Assembly: GCF_988242995.1 (NCBI RefSeq)
Contig: NZ_OZ547043.1
Length of the DNA stretch: 64,000 bases
Direction: 5' to 3' (one strand)
This document shows, one piece after another, positions 54,293 through 64,000 of the stretch (within the stretch, counting starts at the first letter, position 1; every line of letters starts with the position of its first letter). Both the position numbers and the translations under genes were made by a program. Below the pieces are notes generated by a model that was not told the DNA's origin, did not search any database, and saw only the letters and a program-made list of their open reading frames with translations.

Positions 54293-54321
54293 CAGCCCGC
54301 CGGTTCAGGCGGGCTTTTTTG
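54293..54321 (+). terminator. Rho-independent terminator after lom
   Basis: AGCCCGCC-GGTTCA-GGCGGGCT hairpin followed by TTTTTT. Confidence 0.6.
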
Positions 54322-54331
54322 TGGAGTGGAT

Positions 54332-56722
54332 ATGGCAGCAGTAAAAATCTCAGGTGTGCTGAAAGATGGTGCGGGAAAACCAATACAGAACTGCACTATT
54401 CAACTGAAGGCAAAGCGTAACAGCACCACGGTACTGGTGAACACGGTGGCTTCTGAAAATCCGGATGAAGCCGGACGTTACAGCATGGATGTTGAGTATG
54501 GCCAGTACAGCGTCACCCTGCTGGTTGAAGGTTTTCCGCCTTCACATGCCGGGACCATTACCGTCTATGAAGGCTCCAGACCAGGTACGCTGAATGATTT
54601 TCTCGGTGCCATGACGGAAGATGATGTCATGCCGGAGGCATTGCGTCGTTTTGAGGCAATGGTGGAAGAAGCGGCACACAACGCTGAAGCCACCTTTCAG
54701 AGCGCAGCGGCGGCAAAGAAATCCGAAGCTGCTGCGGCATCATCGAAGAACGCGGCGAAAAGCTCAGAAACGAATGCAGCTAACAGCGCACAGGCGGCAG
54801 CGGCCTCACAGACTGCATCGGCAAACTCCGCGACAGCAGCCCAAAAATCAGAAGCCAACGCGAAAAATAGCGAAACAGCCGCAAAGACGAGCGAAACCAA
54901 CGCGAAGTCCAGCCAGACGGCAGCGAAAACCAGCGAAACGAATGCCAAAACCAGTGAAACTGCGGCGAAAAGCAGTCAGGCTGCAGCAGCCGAAAGCGAG
55001 AGTGCTGCAGCCGGTTCTGCGACTTCAGCAGCTGGATCAGCAACTGCTGCGGCTAACAGCCAGAAAGCAGCGAAGACGAGCGAAACTAACGCAAAGTCCA
55101 GCCAGACGGCAGCGAAGACCAGCGAAACGAATGCCAAAGCCAGCGAAACTGCGGCGAAAAACAGTCAGGATGCAGCGGCCCAAAGCGAGAGTGCCGCAGC
55201 TGGTTCTGCAAGTGCGGCGGCTTCTTCTGCCACTGCATCAGCCAACAGTCAAAAAGCTGCAAAAACCAGTGAAACCAACGCAAAGGCGAGCGAGACTGCG
55301 GCGGCGAACTCGGCGCAAGCATCGGCAGCAAGCCAGACAGCAGCTAAAGCAAGTGAAGACGCAGCCAGAGAGTATGCAAGCCAGGCAGCGGAGCCGTATA
55401 AACAAGTTTTGCAGCCGTTGCCCGATGTGTGGATACCGTTTAATGATTCACTGGATATGATTACGGGCTTTTCGCCATCATATAAAAAAATTGTTATTGG
55501 TGACGATGAAATAACGATGCCTGGCGACAAGATTGTTAAGTTTAAACGTGCATCAACGGCTACATATGTCAATAAATCCGGGGAACTGAAAATTGTAGCA
55601 ATCGACGAACCACGATTTGAAAAAGATGGTTTACTGATTGAAGGCCAACGAAGCAATTCATTTGCAGATTCTAATAATCCGTCGTTATGGAATAAAGCCG
55701 CACAATTGAATATAACCAATGGCAAAGATGAATTTGGTTTTACCTATGGTCTTATTAATGTTGTAGCCGAAACAAGCACTACCGGACGCGCTACATTTAT
55801 TTCAACTGGATATCCAAGATCAATGCCAGCAAAGGCAGGGGAATCTCTTACAATATCCTTCCGAGTTAAAAAAGTTGCTGGTGATGGGGTTCTGACAGTA
55901 TATCCGAGGATTGCTTATGTAAATGATGATGGCTCTAGTAATACTCTTTCTTCGAATGCCTATATAAATGCGGAAACGGGCGAAGTTTTAGGAACTCCTG
56001 CAGGCGGAAGCTCGACGAAAGTATATACTAAAATTGAATCCAATGGATGGTTGTTTGTATCTTTGACTTATAAAACCGCAGAAGACAAAACATTTTATGG
56101 TCGAATTGAAGTTGGTGCACATAAACGAGATATACAGATTGGTGATCAGTGGATGATAACGACACCGCAATTTGAAGTTGGTAGCAGTGCTTCTTCTTTT
56201 ATTATTTCTGGATCTGCGACAACGACAAGAGCGAGTGATTTAGTTACAATCCCGATCAAAAACAATATCTACAATTTACCGCTTACTGTAATGTGCGAAA
56301 CTAATCTTAATTGGGAATGGGATTCTCCGCCAAATGCCGCACCTAGAATAATGGATTTTACGGGTCAAAAAGCGGGGCAGGCCATAATTTATGGTCTACG
56401 TGGTGGGACTGCGGTTGATACTGGATCGCCCTATGTTGATATGGGTGATGGCGCTACAAGAATTAATAAGTATGTAAAAACAACAAATCGAAAGTTTATC
56501 TCTGGCTTTAGGTGTAAAGAAAATGGAGATACTCAAGCGTTTTGTAATTCTGTTTTTTCATCGTCTGCAAGGACAGATTATATTCATGTAGCACCAACTG
56601 CAACGATAAGATTTGGTGGGCAAACCAGTACGGGTGAGCGTCATATATTCGGACACATCCGAAATTTCAGGATTTGGCATAAAGCGTTAACTGATGCACA
56701 AATGGGGGAGAGTATTAAATGA
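54332..56722 (+). CDS. stf: Side tail fibre protein with Ala/Ser/Thr-rich repeat shaft
   Basis: N-terminus MAAVKISGVLKDGAGKPIQNCTIQLKA... matches lambda Stf; shaft of SETNAK-type repeats; distinct C-terminal domain. Confidence 0.85.
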   Translation: MAAVKISGVLKDGAGKPIQNCTIQLKAKRNSTTVLVNTVASENPDEAGRYSMDVEYGQYSVTLLVEGFPPSHAGTITVYEGSRPGTLNDFLGAMTEDDVMPEALRRFEAMVEEAAHNAEATFQSAAAAKKSEAAAASSKNAAKSSETNAANSAQAAAASQTASANSATAAQKSEANAKNSETAAKTSETNAKSSQTAAKTSETNAKTSETAAKSSQAAAAESESAAAGSATSAAGSATAAANSQKAAKTSETNAKSSQTAAKTSETNAKASETAAKNSQDAAAQSESAAAGSASAAASSATASANSQKAAKTSETNAKASETAAANSAQASAASQTAAKASEDAAREYASQAAEPYKQVLQPLPDVWIPFNDSLDMITGFSPSYKKIVIGDDEITMPGDKIVKFKRASTATYVNKSGELKIVAIDEPRFEKDGLLIEGQRSNSFADSNNPSLWNKAAQLNITNGKDEFGFTYGLINVVAETSTTGRATFISTGYPRSMPAKAGESLTISFRVKKVAGDGVLTVYPRIAYVNDDGSSNTLSSNAYINAETGEVLGTPAGGSSTKVYTKIESNGWLFVSLTYKTAEDKTFYGRIEVGAHKRDIQIGDQWMITTPQFEVGSSASSFIISGSATTTRASDLVTIPIKNNIYNLPLTVMCETNLNWEWDSPPNAAPRIMDFTGQKAGQAIIYGLRGGTAVDTGSPYVDMGDGATRINKYVKTTNRKFISGFRCKENGDTQAFCNSVFSSSARTDYIHVAPTATIRFGGQTSTGERHIFGHIRNFRIWHKALTDAQMGESIK

Positions 56723-57000
56723 AAGATTTAACACTAAAATTTTCTGACAGGGCCGACTTTTCGGCCTTTATGGATAGCATTGGCTATTATGATGACGAGT
56801 CGATGCAGGATGATATTCTCATTGACGTGATAGGTAACGTGTACAAAGAAACCGGAGAACTGAATGAAGATGGCGAACCGGTATGTGTTAAGGAAGACGG
56901 ATATTTTGTAAACGTGCGCATCATTAATGATGTGAAAACACCGTCAATATTCGATGAATACGTGGTTGCTGTTGAGCATCAACTTCGTGGCTGGATGTGA
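56719..57000 (+). CDS. Hypothetical protein downstream of stf (possible fibre-associated chaperone)
   Basis: 93-aa ORF translationally coupled to the stf stop. Confidence 0.4.
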   Translation: MKDLTLKFSDRADFSAFMDSIGYYDDESMQDDILIDVIGNVYKETGELNEDGEPVCVKEDGYFVNVRIINDVKTPSIFDEYVVAVEHQLRGWM

Positions 57001-57009
57001 GGAAGAAAA

Positions 57010-57699
57010 ATGGCTACATCGACAGTAATTCCGGGAGACATTACCACGCTAAAGGGAGATGTCAGTAAAGCTAAGGAAGATATTTCCTCAATTAACGGAA
57101 AAGTATCAACGCTTCAGACTGATATGACCAGTGCAAAGCAGGATATCAGCACCAGATACACAAAAACTGAAGTTGATAATAAGCTGAAAAACAAAGTGGA
57201 AGTGAACGATCTGGAAAGTGGTCGTTATGGCGGAGATTTTTACCCGCTGACTGGCCGTGAAGCGTTTTATTTATGGGGATTGGGCACAACTACAGCGGCG
57301 GCAAATCTTTATCTTAATCCTGACCCTGCAATTTCGTCTGTGCTGCGGTCAACATCGTCTATCCGCTATAAACATTCAGTAGAGACGATAGATTCAGAGC
57401 ACGCCGATCTCATTTTCAAGATGCGCCCTGTATGGTACAGGTCGCAATGCGAAAATGACAGGCGCGGTTGGGGATTCTATGGATTGATTGCCGAGGAAGT
57501 AGGAGAAATTGCCCCTCAGTTTGTACACTGGCGACCAGCTAACGAGAATGATGCTCCTGAAGCTATTTCCAGCAATGGCCTTGTTGCCGAAGGTGTAATG
57601 TACGAACGTCTGGTTGTTCCACTGATTCACCATATCCAGAAACTGACTGAAAGAGTTGAAGAACTTGAGTCAGAATTAAAGTTGTTATCAACTTCCTGA
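57010..57699 (+). CDS. Short tail-fibre/spike-like protein with C-terminal intramolecular chaperone-like domain
   Basis: 229-aa ORF; C-terminal region (WGFYGLIAEEVGEIAPQFV...LESELKLL) recalls the S74-type auto-processing chaperone domain. Confidence 0.5.
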   Translation: MATSTVIPGDITTLKGDVSKAKEDISSINGKVSTLQTDMTSAKQDISTRYTKTEVDNKLKNKVEVNDLESGRYGGDFYPLTGREAFYLWGLGTTTAAANLYLNPDPAISSVLRSTSSIRYKHSVETIDSEHADLIFKMRPVWYRSQCENDRRGWGFYGLIAEEVGEIAPQFVHWRPANENDAPEAISSNGLVAEGVMYERLVVPLIHHIQKLTERVEELESELKLLSTS

Positions 57700-57706
57700 A
57701 GCGATA

Positions 57707-58018
57707 TTGGATAAAGGAGGAGTAATGGATATAACACCTTTCCTTCACGCGCTTTGTGCTGTGGCTGCGCAGGTACTGGTTGGTCTTTTTACCGGGAACT
57801 GGGCTTACGGGGCGATAGCCGGTTGTACGTTCTTCATTGCGCGTGAACACACCCAGGCAGAATATCGCTGGATTGAAATGTTCGGGCATGGCAAGCGAAT
57901 GAATATGCCGTGGTGGGGCGGTTTTGATCCGCGAGCGTGGGATGTGGCAAGCCTGATGGATTTTGCTGTGCCGGTGGTGGCGTGTCTGCTGGTCTGGCTG
58001 TTGGTTAATCGTGGGTGA
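57707..58018 (+). CDS. Hypothetical membrane protein
   Basis: 103-aa ORF with two hydrophobic segments; RBS AAGGAGG. Confidence 0.4.
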   Translation: MDKGGVMDITPFLHALCAVAAQVLVGLFTGNWAYGAIAGCTFFIAREHTQAEYRWIEMFGHGKRMNMPWWGGFDPRAWDVASLMDFAVPVVACLLVWLLVNRG

Positions 58019-58027
58019 AAAAAGGTG

Positions 58028-58147
58028 AGCTGTATATGCAACGGAGGAAGAAACCCCGTTGCTGGAAGCCTGGAAAAAGTATCGGGTGCTGCTAAACCGT
58101 GTGGACACTTCCGTAGCACCAGATATCGAGTGGCTTATTCAACCATA
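58028..58147 (+). pseudogene. tfaX: Tail fibre assembly gene remnant (3' end only)
   Basis: Frame encodes ...[34 protein letters not shown], the conserved Tfa C-terminus, with no N-terminal part. Confidence 0.65.
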
Positions 58148-58689
58148 ATAAACAGTATGTATATCATAGGTTATTAATTGTGAGTTTTTTCGGTGTGTTA
58201 TTTGTTTGATGTTATGATTTTGCGCCCCAAAAGGTTGTTTAGATGTATTTTATCAATTGATTTTCAATATCGTTTAATAAAGAAAAATTAAGCAAGTTGG
58301 ATGTTGGTTTTTTGTTAATTGAATGGTTCTAATAATGTTTTTTTACTGTTGTTGAATGTGACTTGATAAGAAATGCAAGTAAAAATGATACTCTTTTTAT
58401 TTTAAATTCAAACGGTTGACATATATATAGCAAGAGGTTTCAGGTGCGTTGTAGTGAGTTTATGTTAATAAAAAGCATAGTAAGCGTTGAAAAATGTAAC
58501 TTTGAAATACGTTAGAATAAAAAACAATATACATATAATAATTTAATCTTAAATGAAATTTATTAAAAATTGCAAACTATAATTTTGTGTATAAAAATAT
58601 AAATGCACATCATCCTGATTATGATTGTGTATTTAATTGGTTGTTATTTGACTACTATCAACTTGTTTTAATTTTATGATAGGTGCAAG

Positions 58690-59439
58690 ATGGATTATGT
58701 TTGCTCCGTAGTTTTCATCTGTCAATCATTTGATTTAATTATAAACAGGAGAGTTATCTCGTTCAAAAAAAATTCATTGTTTATTGTAAGCGACAAAATT
58801 AGAAGAGAGTTACCAGTATGCCCCTCTAAACTAAGAATTGTTGATATAGATAAGAAAACATGTTTATCCTTTTTTATCGACGTGAATAATGAGTTGCCTG
58901 GCAAATTTACTCTTGATAAGAATGGCTATATTGCTGAAGAGGAACCTCCATTATCGCTTGTTTTTTCTCTGTTTGAAGGGATTAAAATAGCAGACTCACA
59001 CTCCCTTTGGTTAAAAGAAAGACTATGTATATCCTTACTTGCCATGTTCAAAAAACGCGAAAGTGTAAATTCATTTATACTAACAAATATAAATACATTT
59101 ACCTGTAAAATTACTGGAATAATCAGTTTTAATATTGAGCGGCAATGGCATTTAAAAGATATTGCGGAATTGATTTATACGAGTGAAAGTTTAATAAAAA
59201 AAAGATTAAGGGATGAAGGAACGTCATTTACTGAAATATTGAGAGATACTAGGATGAGGTATGCAAAAAAACTCATAACTTCAAACTCTTATTCTATCAA
59301 TGTCGTAGCCCAGAAATGTGGCTATAACAGTGCTTCATATTTCATATGTGCATTTAAAGATTATTATGGTGTCACGCCATCTCATTATTTTGAGAAAATA
59401 ATCGGCGTCACAGATGGAATAAACAAAACAATTGACTGA
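58690..59439 (+). CDS. appY: AraC-family regulator AppY
   Basis: 249-aa [34 protein letters not shown]... preceded by a 540-bp AT-rich region. Confidence 0.9.
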   Translation: MDYVCSVVFICQSFDLIINRRVISFKKNSLFIVSDKIRRELPVCPSKLRIVDIDKKTCLSFFIDVNNELPGKFTLDKNGYIAEEEPPLSLVFSLFEGIKIADSHSLWLKERLCISLLAMFKKRESVNSFILTNINTFTCKITGIISFNIERQWHLKDIAELIYTSESLIKKRLRDEGTSFTEILRDTRMRYAKKLITSNSYSINVVAQKCGYNSASYFICAFKDYYGVTPSHYFEKIIGVTDGINKTID

Positions 59440-59688
59440 TAATGTTTATTACAAGTTGTCTACATGTTAATTATAATATTATACAGCGTGTTTTTTGATG
59501 TGATATTCTGGAACCATTAATTTGTAATTGGGTTGCTGTCGCCTATTTTATACACACTATAATTGATGGTTTTCTATGTGATTTAGTTAATAACCTTCTG
59601 GGTTTATTTTAAGGGGTAATTGTTACATTGAAATGGCTAGTTATTCCCCGGGGCGATTTTCACCTCGGGGAAATTTTAGTTGGCGTTC

Positions 59689-60642
59689 TTAAAATGTGTA
59701 CTTAAGACCAGCAGTAGTGATGAAGTTATAGTTTTCTATGCCTGCACCATTTTTGCTGTAGTCTGAAGTGTTATCATTGTGATCATAAAGTGAAGTATTA
59801 CCTTTTTTATTCGTAACCCGATTCCATGCGCCTTCAACATAAACTTTTGCGTTAGGTGTTACGTAATAACCTGCATTGACTGCAACAGAATAGTAATTTT
59901 GGTCTTTGACTTTACTGCGATAAGTGATTCTTTTTCCTGGGTCATAGTGCTCATCGTTATCAGATGCTTCCACCCAGCCGCTGTATTTAAATGTGCCACC
60001 TAGCTCAAAATCTTCATAACGATAACTTCCAGTCAAGCCAATGTAGGGCATTTTAAAACGTTGTTTGTAGCCGATTGCTCTTTCTCCATTCGGGAAGGAG
60101 CCGATATCATCTCTGAATCCCTCCTCAGAACTGTAGATATAGGAACCACCTCTGGCTGTAAAGCTATAACGGCTTTCCTGATATCCGGCCATGAGTCCCA
60201 GGCGGTAATTGGGTTCGTTGAGGAGCCAGCCTTTGATATTCAGATCAAATTCGTTGGCATAATTGAGTTGTGTATCAGGGTGCCTACTTTCATCTGTCCA
60301 GGTTCCGGGGTTACTGGAATCCATCCAGTCCTGATCGACCATATTGCCACCTCGGCTGCCGAGAGTAGTCCAGCCCGCAGCCCCAATAGATATCTGGGGC
60401 ATCAAATCCCAATTAATTGCACCTTTAATAATTGCAGCGTTATTGAATTTCCAGTCGAGTTGACTGACTTTTCGGCCTCCTTCTTCAGCTAGATAAACGC
60501 GCTCTTTTGTTTTTCCGCTCAGAGTTCCAAGACTAATGTCCGCATTTATGTTGTCAGGAGTAAACGATATAGTCTCGGTAGAAGCAAAAGAGCTGATCGC
60601 AATAGGGGTTGTCAGGACTATTCCCAGAAGTTTCGCCCGCAT
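59689..60642 (-). CDS. ompT: Outer-membrane protease OmpT (omptin)
   Basis: 317-aa ORF MRAKLLGIVLTTPIAISSFASTETISF... matching OmpT. Confidence 0.95.
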   Translation of the reverse strand: MRAKLLGIVLTTPIAISSFASTETISFTPDNINADISLGTLSGKTKERVYLAEEGGRKVSQLDWKFNNAAIIKGAINWDLMPQISIGAAGWTTLGSRGGNMVDQDWMDSSNPGTWTDESRHPDTQLNYANEFDLNIKGWLLNEPNYRLGLMAGYQESRYSFTARGGSYIYSSEEGFRDDIGSFPNGERAIGYKQRFKMPYIGLTGSYRYEDFELGGTFKYSGWVEASDNDEHYDPGKRITYRSKVKDQNYYSVAVNAGYYVTPNAKVYVEGAWNRVTNKKGNTSLYDHNDNTSDYSKNGAGIENYNFITTAGLKYTF

Positions 60643-61064
60643 AAAAGTTCTCCATTCAATCGTTTTAATGATTGAATATGTATTTTTTATATCTAACTTA
60701 ATGAGTCAATTACATATTGCTCCACTGTTTATATTTTGTTTAGTATTGAATGATTATCACAATGCGCTATCTGTTTTTGGTTTAATTATCTGTTATTGTT
60801 TTATATTGCGGTTTTACTGTGTGGTTTTTTATGCTTTTGTGGTGTTTTTATCTATTTAAGCGCCATGCCTTTAGAGGCATATAAGCGAAAATAGCATGAG
60901 GTTTATCCTCAATTGCTATGTTTTTTAGTACAAAAAAGAGGGACAAAACTGAGACACATAAGGCCTCACAATGGCTTGCAAGGCTTTACATGTTTTGAGG
61001 TAGTGGGACGTGTGAGCGCAGAGATGGCGTGGTAAGTTGTTGACTTAAAATGTCGTTCTAGGAA

Positions 61065-61111
61065 CTTCTAAGTCGTGGGCCGCAGGTTCGAATCCTGCAG
61101 GGCGCGCCATT
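61065..61111. repeat. attR (47-bp copy of the argU 3' end)
   Basis: Identical to 2846-2892; lacks the 5' two-thirds of a tRNA. Confidence 0.85.
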
Positions 61112-61154
61112 TCTTCTTCATTTATCCCCGTCTTATCCGTTTCCGCTTTGCCCT

Positions 61155-61916
61155 TCACCACATCACTTTTTGTCGCTGTTTGGCGAGATAATTCAACGGT
61201 GTCAGGCCGTAAAACGCCTTAAAAACAGAGATAAAGTACGACGTGCTGCTATAGCCACATAATTGCGCTACCTGAGTGATATTTTTGTTATCCATCAATA
61301 ACATCTGTACGGCGTAACGCATACGACACTCTGTGACAATCTGGCTATAGCTGGTATTTTCGTTTTTTAATTTCTTTTTGAGCAGGCTGGGGCTTAAACA
61401 TAGCGAACTGGCGACAATTCGCAGATTCCAGTAATGCTGAATATCGCTTTGAATAATGCGGCAGACGCTGTCGCGGACGCTGCTGCGTAAGATATACATC
61501 AGTAGGGCAATAAACCGCGATTGCTCAAGAAAGTTAGACAATACGGTAAAAAGCAATGCGCGCGTCAACTCCGCTTCGCAGGGTTTGCTGGGTTGCTGCT
61601 TGCTGTGGTTGGCGGCTAGCCGGAACACTTCCGGTGTACGGCTATGACAAGCGATAACCGGGGTAGCCAGCCGCGACCAGGGCTTTACGCAGGTTAAGTT
61701 CTTATTTAAAAACAACAGATAATCGTTGATGATGTTGCGGTTGATGTGGGTGATTAATACGTGATTTAACGTTGAGAGTTCAATGACGTTATTGTTGCAC
61801 GCGAAGGCGGCCAGGTAATTTTTCGGAAGGGTAAACGTGGCATGGTTATTGACGCTTACCTCTACCTCTTTTTCGGTCAGGATCACTACGCAAGGTTCAC
61901 TGCTGCTCAATTGCAT
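61155..61916 (-). CDS. envY: AraC-family regulator EnvY
   Basis: 253-aa ORF with C-terminal AraC HTH; chromosomal flank just outside attR. Confidence 0.85.
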   Translation of the reverse strand: MQLSSSEPCVVILTEKEVEVSVNNHATFTLPKNYLAAFACNNNVIELSTLNHVLITHINRNIINDYLLFLNKNLTCVKPWSRLATPVIACHSRTPEVFRLAANHSKQQPSKPCEAELTRALLFTVLSNFLEQSRFIALLMYILRSSVRDSVCRIIQSDIQHYWNLRIVASSLCLSPSLLKKKLKNENTSYSQIVTECRMRYAVQMLLMDNKNITQVAQLCGYSSTSYFISVFKAFYGLTPLNYLAKQRQKVMW

Positions 61917-62098
61917 TTCGCACTCCTCAGATATCAGAAACTCCGCTCAAAGGATCTATGCTTCCTGCATGAGTGATCGGCCCGTTCGCCGATAACGATC
62001 TTCTTTCTTTAGCACGCTTTTTAGCAATTAATCTTGATGGAATTCTGACGAGAGCGAAAGAGGTAAGCCAGGTCGTACCCGACTTACCTGGAGGGGAT

Positions 62099-62989
62099 TT
62101 AATACTCGAGAATGCCGTGCGCAACGGGCAAATAGCGCAGAGAGAAATAGAGCGTGTCTTTACCGCAAGAGGAACGTTTCGCTAACAGCGAGGCGATCTC
62201 TGCATCCGGTTTCGGTTTCGCTGTAAAGGTTTTACCTTTGCCGGCGACAAACAGTTCATAAACAATGCCGCTGGCAGGGGCGGAACTTTGGCAATCGGCG
62301 CTGGCCTGTAGATAACGTTCACGCTGTTCAACGGTAAGTTTATTCACGCCGCTGCCATCCTGTACCCAGACATTAACGCCGGTTGTTTTAACTTGTTCCA
62401 GCAGTTGGCGATAGCCATCGGGCGACATGTTTCCGGCGAAAAAACTACTGATATAAACCGGTTTTGCTGAAACATCGCTAATCAACCGCTGCGCGTTGTT
62501 TAACCATGTCAGCAACGGTTGACGGGCGGCTTCGCTGCGCCAGTTCAGGTCGTCAATTTCCGCGCTGATGTACCAGCCATCCGGCGTTACGCCAGGCGCG
62601 GCGCTCCATAATCTGGCTTGCTGGAGATCGGCAGCCAGCAGGCGATTAAGATAGCTTTCCAGCGCCGCGGATGACTGTTTCTGGTGCATAAAAAATTCCG
62701 GATCGGCATTCAGCCCGACAATCAGCTTCAGGCCAGCCTGTTGCGCAGCTGCTGCACGCTTAAACAATAACGCGCGCTGTTCTGGCTGGGTGAATGCATC
62801 GCCGTAACGGGTCCATTGCAAAACCAGGGTATCGAAGCCTTGCAAACGTAACTGACTCATCAGCCCCTGCCACTGGGTATCGGTAACCTGACTATCACGG
62901 TTTTGTGGTTGCCAGATAATACCTTTCATCGCAAAGGAAAAAGGGCTGACCAAAAGCAGTGTCAGCAATACGAAAATGAACTTACGCAT
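62099..62989 (-). CDS. ybcH: YbcH (exported protein)
   Basis: 296-aa ORF with signal peptide, immediately downstream of nfrA on the same strand. Confidence 0.75.
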   Translation of the reverse strand: MRKFIFVLLTLLLVSPFSFAMKGIIWQPQNRDSQVTDTQWQGLMSQLRLQGFDTLVLQWTRYGDAFTQPEQRALLFKRAAAAQQAGLKLIVGLNADPEFFMHQKQSSAALESYLNRLLAADLQQARLWSAAPGVTPDGWYISAEIDDLNWRSEAARQPLLTWLNNAQRLISDVSAKPVYISSFFAGNMSPDGYRQLLEQVKTTGVNVWVQDGSGVNKLTVEQRERYLQASADCQSSAPASGIVYELFVAGKGKTFTAKPKPDAEIASLLAKRSSCGKDTLYFSLRYLPVAHGILEY

Positions 62990-64000
62990 TTACCAGTGCA
63001 CTCCAATGGTGAGAAACGCGTTGTTGCGCTCTCCGTTACGTTGATTAATCGCCTTAAAGGTATGTTGATATTCGATGCCGAGACTGACTTTGTGCGGCCA
63101 GGCGTCGTAGTGCGTCTCGCCGGTCCAGATATTCCAGCGGACCCCGACACCGCCAAGCTGCGCGCCCTGAGTGCCTTTATCACGATAACCGTTGTCCTGA
63201 ACGTGAGCGTAAGGCTCAATAGTCTGTCCGTTCGCCACCTTCTGATGCCAGCTTACGCGATAATCTGCCGTCCACGCCTGAATATCCTGGCGGACATATT
63301 GCGCCGCATCGAGGTACAGGTTTTGGGCAAACCAGCCTGAACCGTTCGGGTGCCATTCGTCGCTGTATTTGCCGCCATTAAAGAATGAGGCGCTGGCGCG
63401 CAGCATGGTATCGGATGCGCCATTTTGCCCGTTCAGCGGCAACTGCTGTTCGACTGCGAGGAAAAAGATCTGATCGCGCAGCGGCTTCCAGCGCAGACCG
63501 GTGCCGGACATCGGATTTTTCACCGGCATCATCACCCCGTTTTCTCCGGTATCGGCAAAGACGCGGCTATAAACTGAGAGCAGGTCGCCTTCCAGCAGCA
63601 TATTGCGTCCGATGCGGTACTCGGCTTCCAGTTGCCCGTAGCTACGATAGCTTTTCCCTGGCGCTGCGCCGCCGACATTATTGTTAGCGGTACTCATTGC
63701 GCCGGAACGCAAGCCGATGGAAGAATCGAAACTGAACGTCCAGCGGCGACCGACCTCCTCATGCAGACGGCGGAAATTGAAGCGTTGCTGATTTTGCTCT
63801 GGGGTCAGTGGGGTTATCAGCGCCTGATTATCAATGTCATCAATCACCAGCCGGGCGTAGTGCTGCGTCGCAGGCATGTCATCCAGACGCTGGTTCACGT
63901 AGGCCAGTTGTCGGATAAGTGCCGGATCGTCCGGTAGCCCTTTATGCGCCTGTTCGAGCATTTCCCGCGACTGTGCGATATCACCGCTATCCCACAAGGC
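62990..64000 (-). CDS. nfrA: Phage N4 receptor outer-membrane protein NfrA, C-terminal part (partial; gene continues beyond window end)
   Basis: Open minus-strand frame to the window edge with beta-barrel-like C-terminus; order ybcH-nfrA as in E. coli. Confidence 0.7.
   Translation of the reverse strand, partial: ALWDSGDIAQSREMLEQAHKGLPDDPALIRQLAYVNQRLDDMPATQHYARLVIDDIDNQALITPLTPEQNQQRFNFRRLHEEVGRRWTFSFDSSIGLRSGAMSTANNNVGGAAPGKSYRSYGQLEAEYRIGRNMLLEGDLLSVYSRVFADTGENGVMMPVKNPMSGTGLRWKPLRDQIFFLAVEQQLPLNGQNGASDTMLRASASFFNGGKYSDEWHPNGSGWFAQNLYLDAAQYVRQDIQAWTADYRVSWHQKVANGQTIEPYAHVQDNGYRDKGTQGAQLGGVGVRWNIWTGETHYDAWPHKVSLGIEYQHTFKAINQRNGERNNAFLTIGVHW

Noticed and set aside
54621-55460. 279-aa Arg/Lys-rich ORF on the plus strand
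   Set aside because: Alternative frame through the repetitive shaft of stf; low-complexity artefact.
61065-61111. Possible second tRNA gene
   Set aside because: Only the 3' 45 nt of argU are present (no acceptor 5' strand or D-arm); this is the attR duplication.

Overview
This window reads as an E. coli-type chromosome carrying a ~58-kb lambda-like prophage of the DLP12 family integrated in tRNA-Arg(UCU) argU. All calls rest on reading the ORF translations and the sequence by eye; no database search was run. The left flank is the end of the sfm fimbrial operon (sfmD', sfmH, sfmF) and fimZ; the right flank is envY, ybcH and the 3' part of nfrA. The prophage is bounded by a 47-bp direct repeat of the argU 3' end (2846-2892 and 61065-61111) and keeps near-complete lambda modules: int/xis, exo-bet-gam, cI/cro immunity, O/P replication with iterons, a nin-type region through quuD, lysis cassette, bor, cos, Nu1-A-W-B-C-D-E head genes, FI-J tail genes, lom, side tail fibre, then appY and ompT. 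Three accessory insertions stand out: an inverse-autotransporter adhesin gene between P and ybcN, a Blc-like lipocalin / DUF523-DUF1722 / AraC trio between quuD and the holin, and an IS200 copy inside tail gene U. The most striking feature is an 11.1-kb integrative element (29306-40398) sitting precisely inside major capsid gene E, flanked by a 5-bp repeat AAGCA. It has the gene content of a cos-type phage satellite (PICI-like): tyrosine integrase, AlpA, primase-helicase with iteron origin, SSB, its own E-like capsid and D-like decoration homologues, a winged-HTH gene, and a cos site homologous to the helper's. At its cos-proximal end it carries an AT-rich 438-aa gene with an RNLFGGH (HEPN-like R-x5-H) motif, which I propose as a candidate uncharacterised anti-phage/abortive-infection determinant. 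With E and U both interrupted the prophage is probably defective unless the satellite excises precisely.
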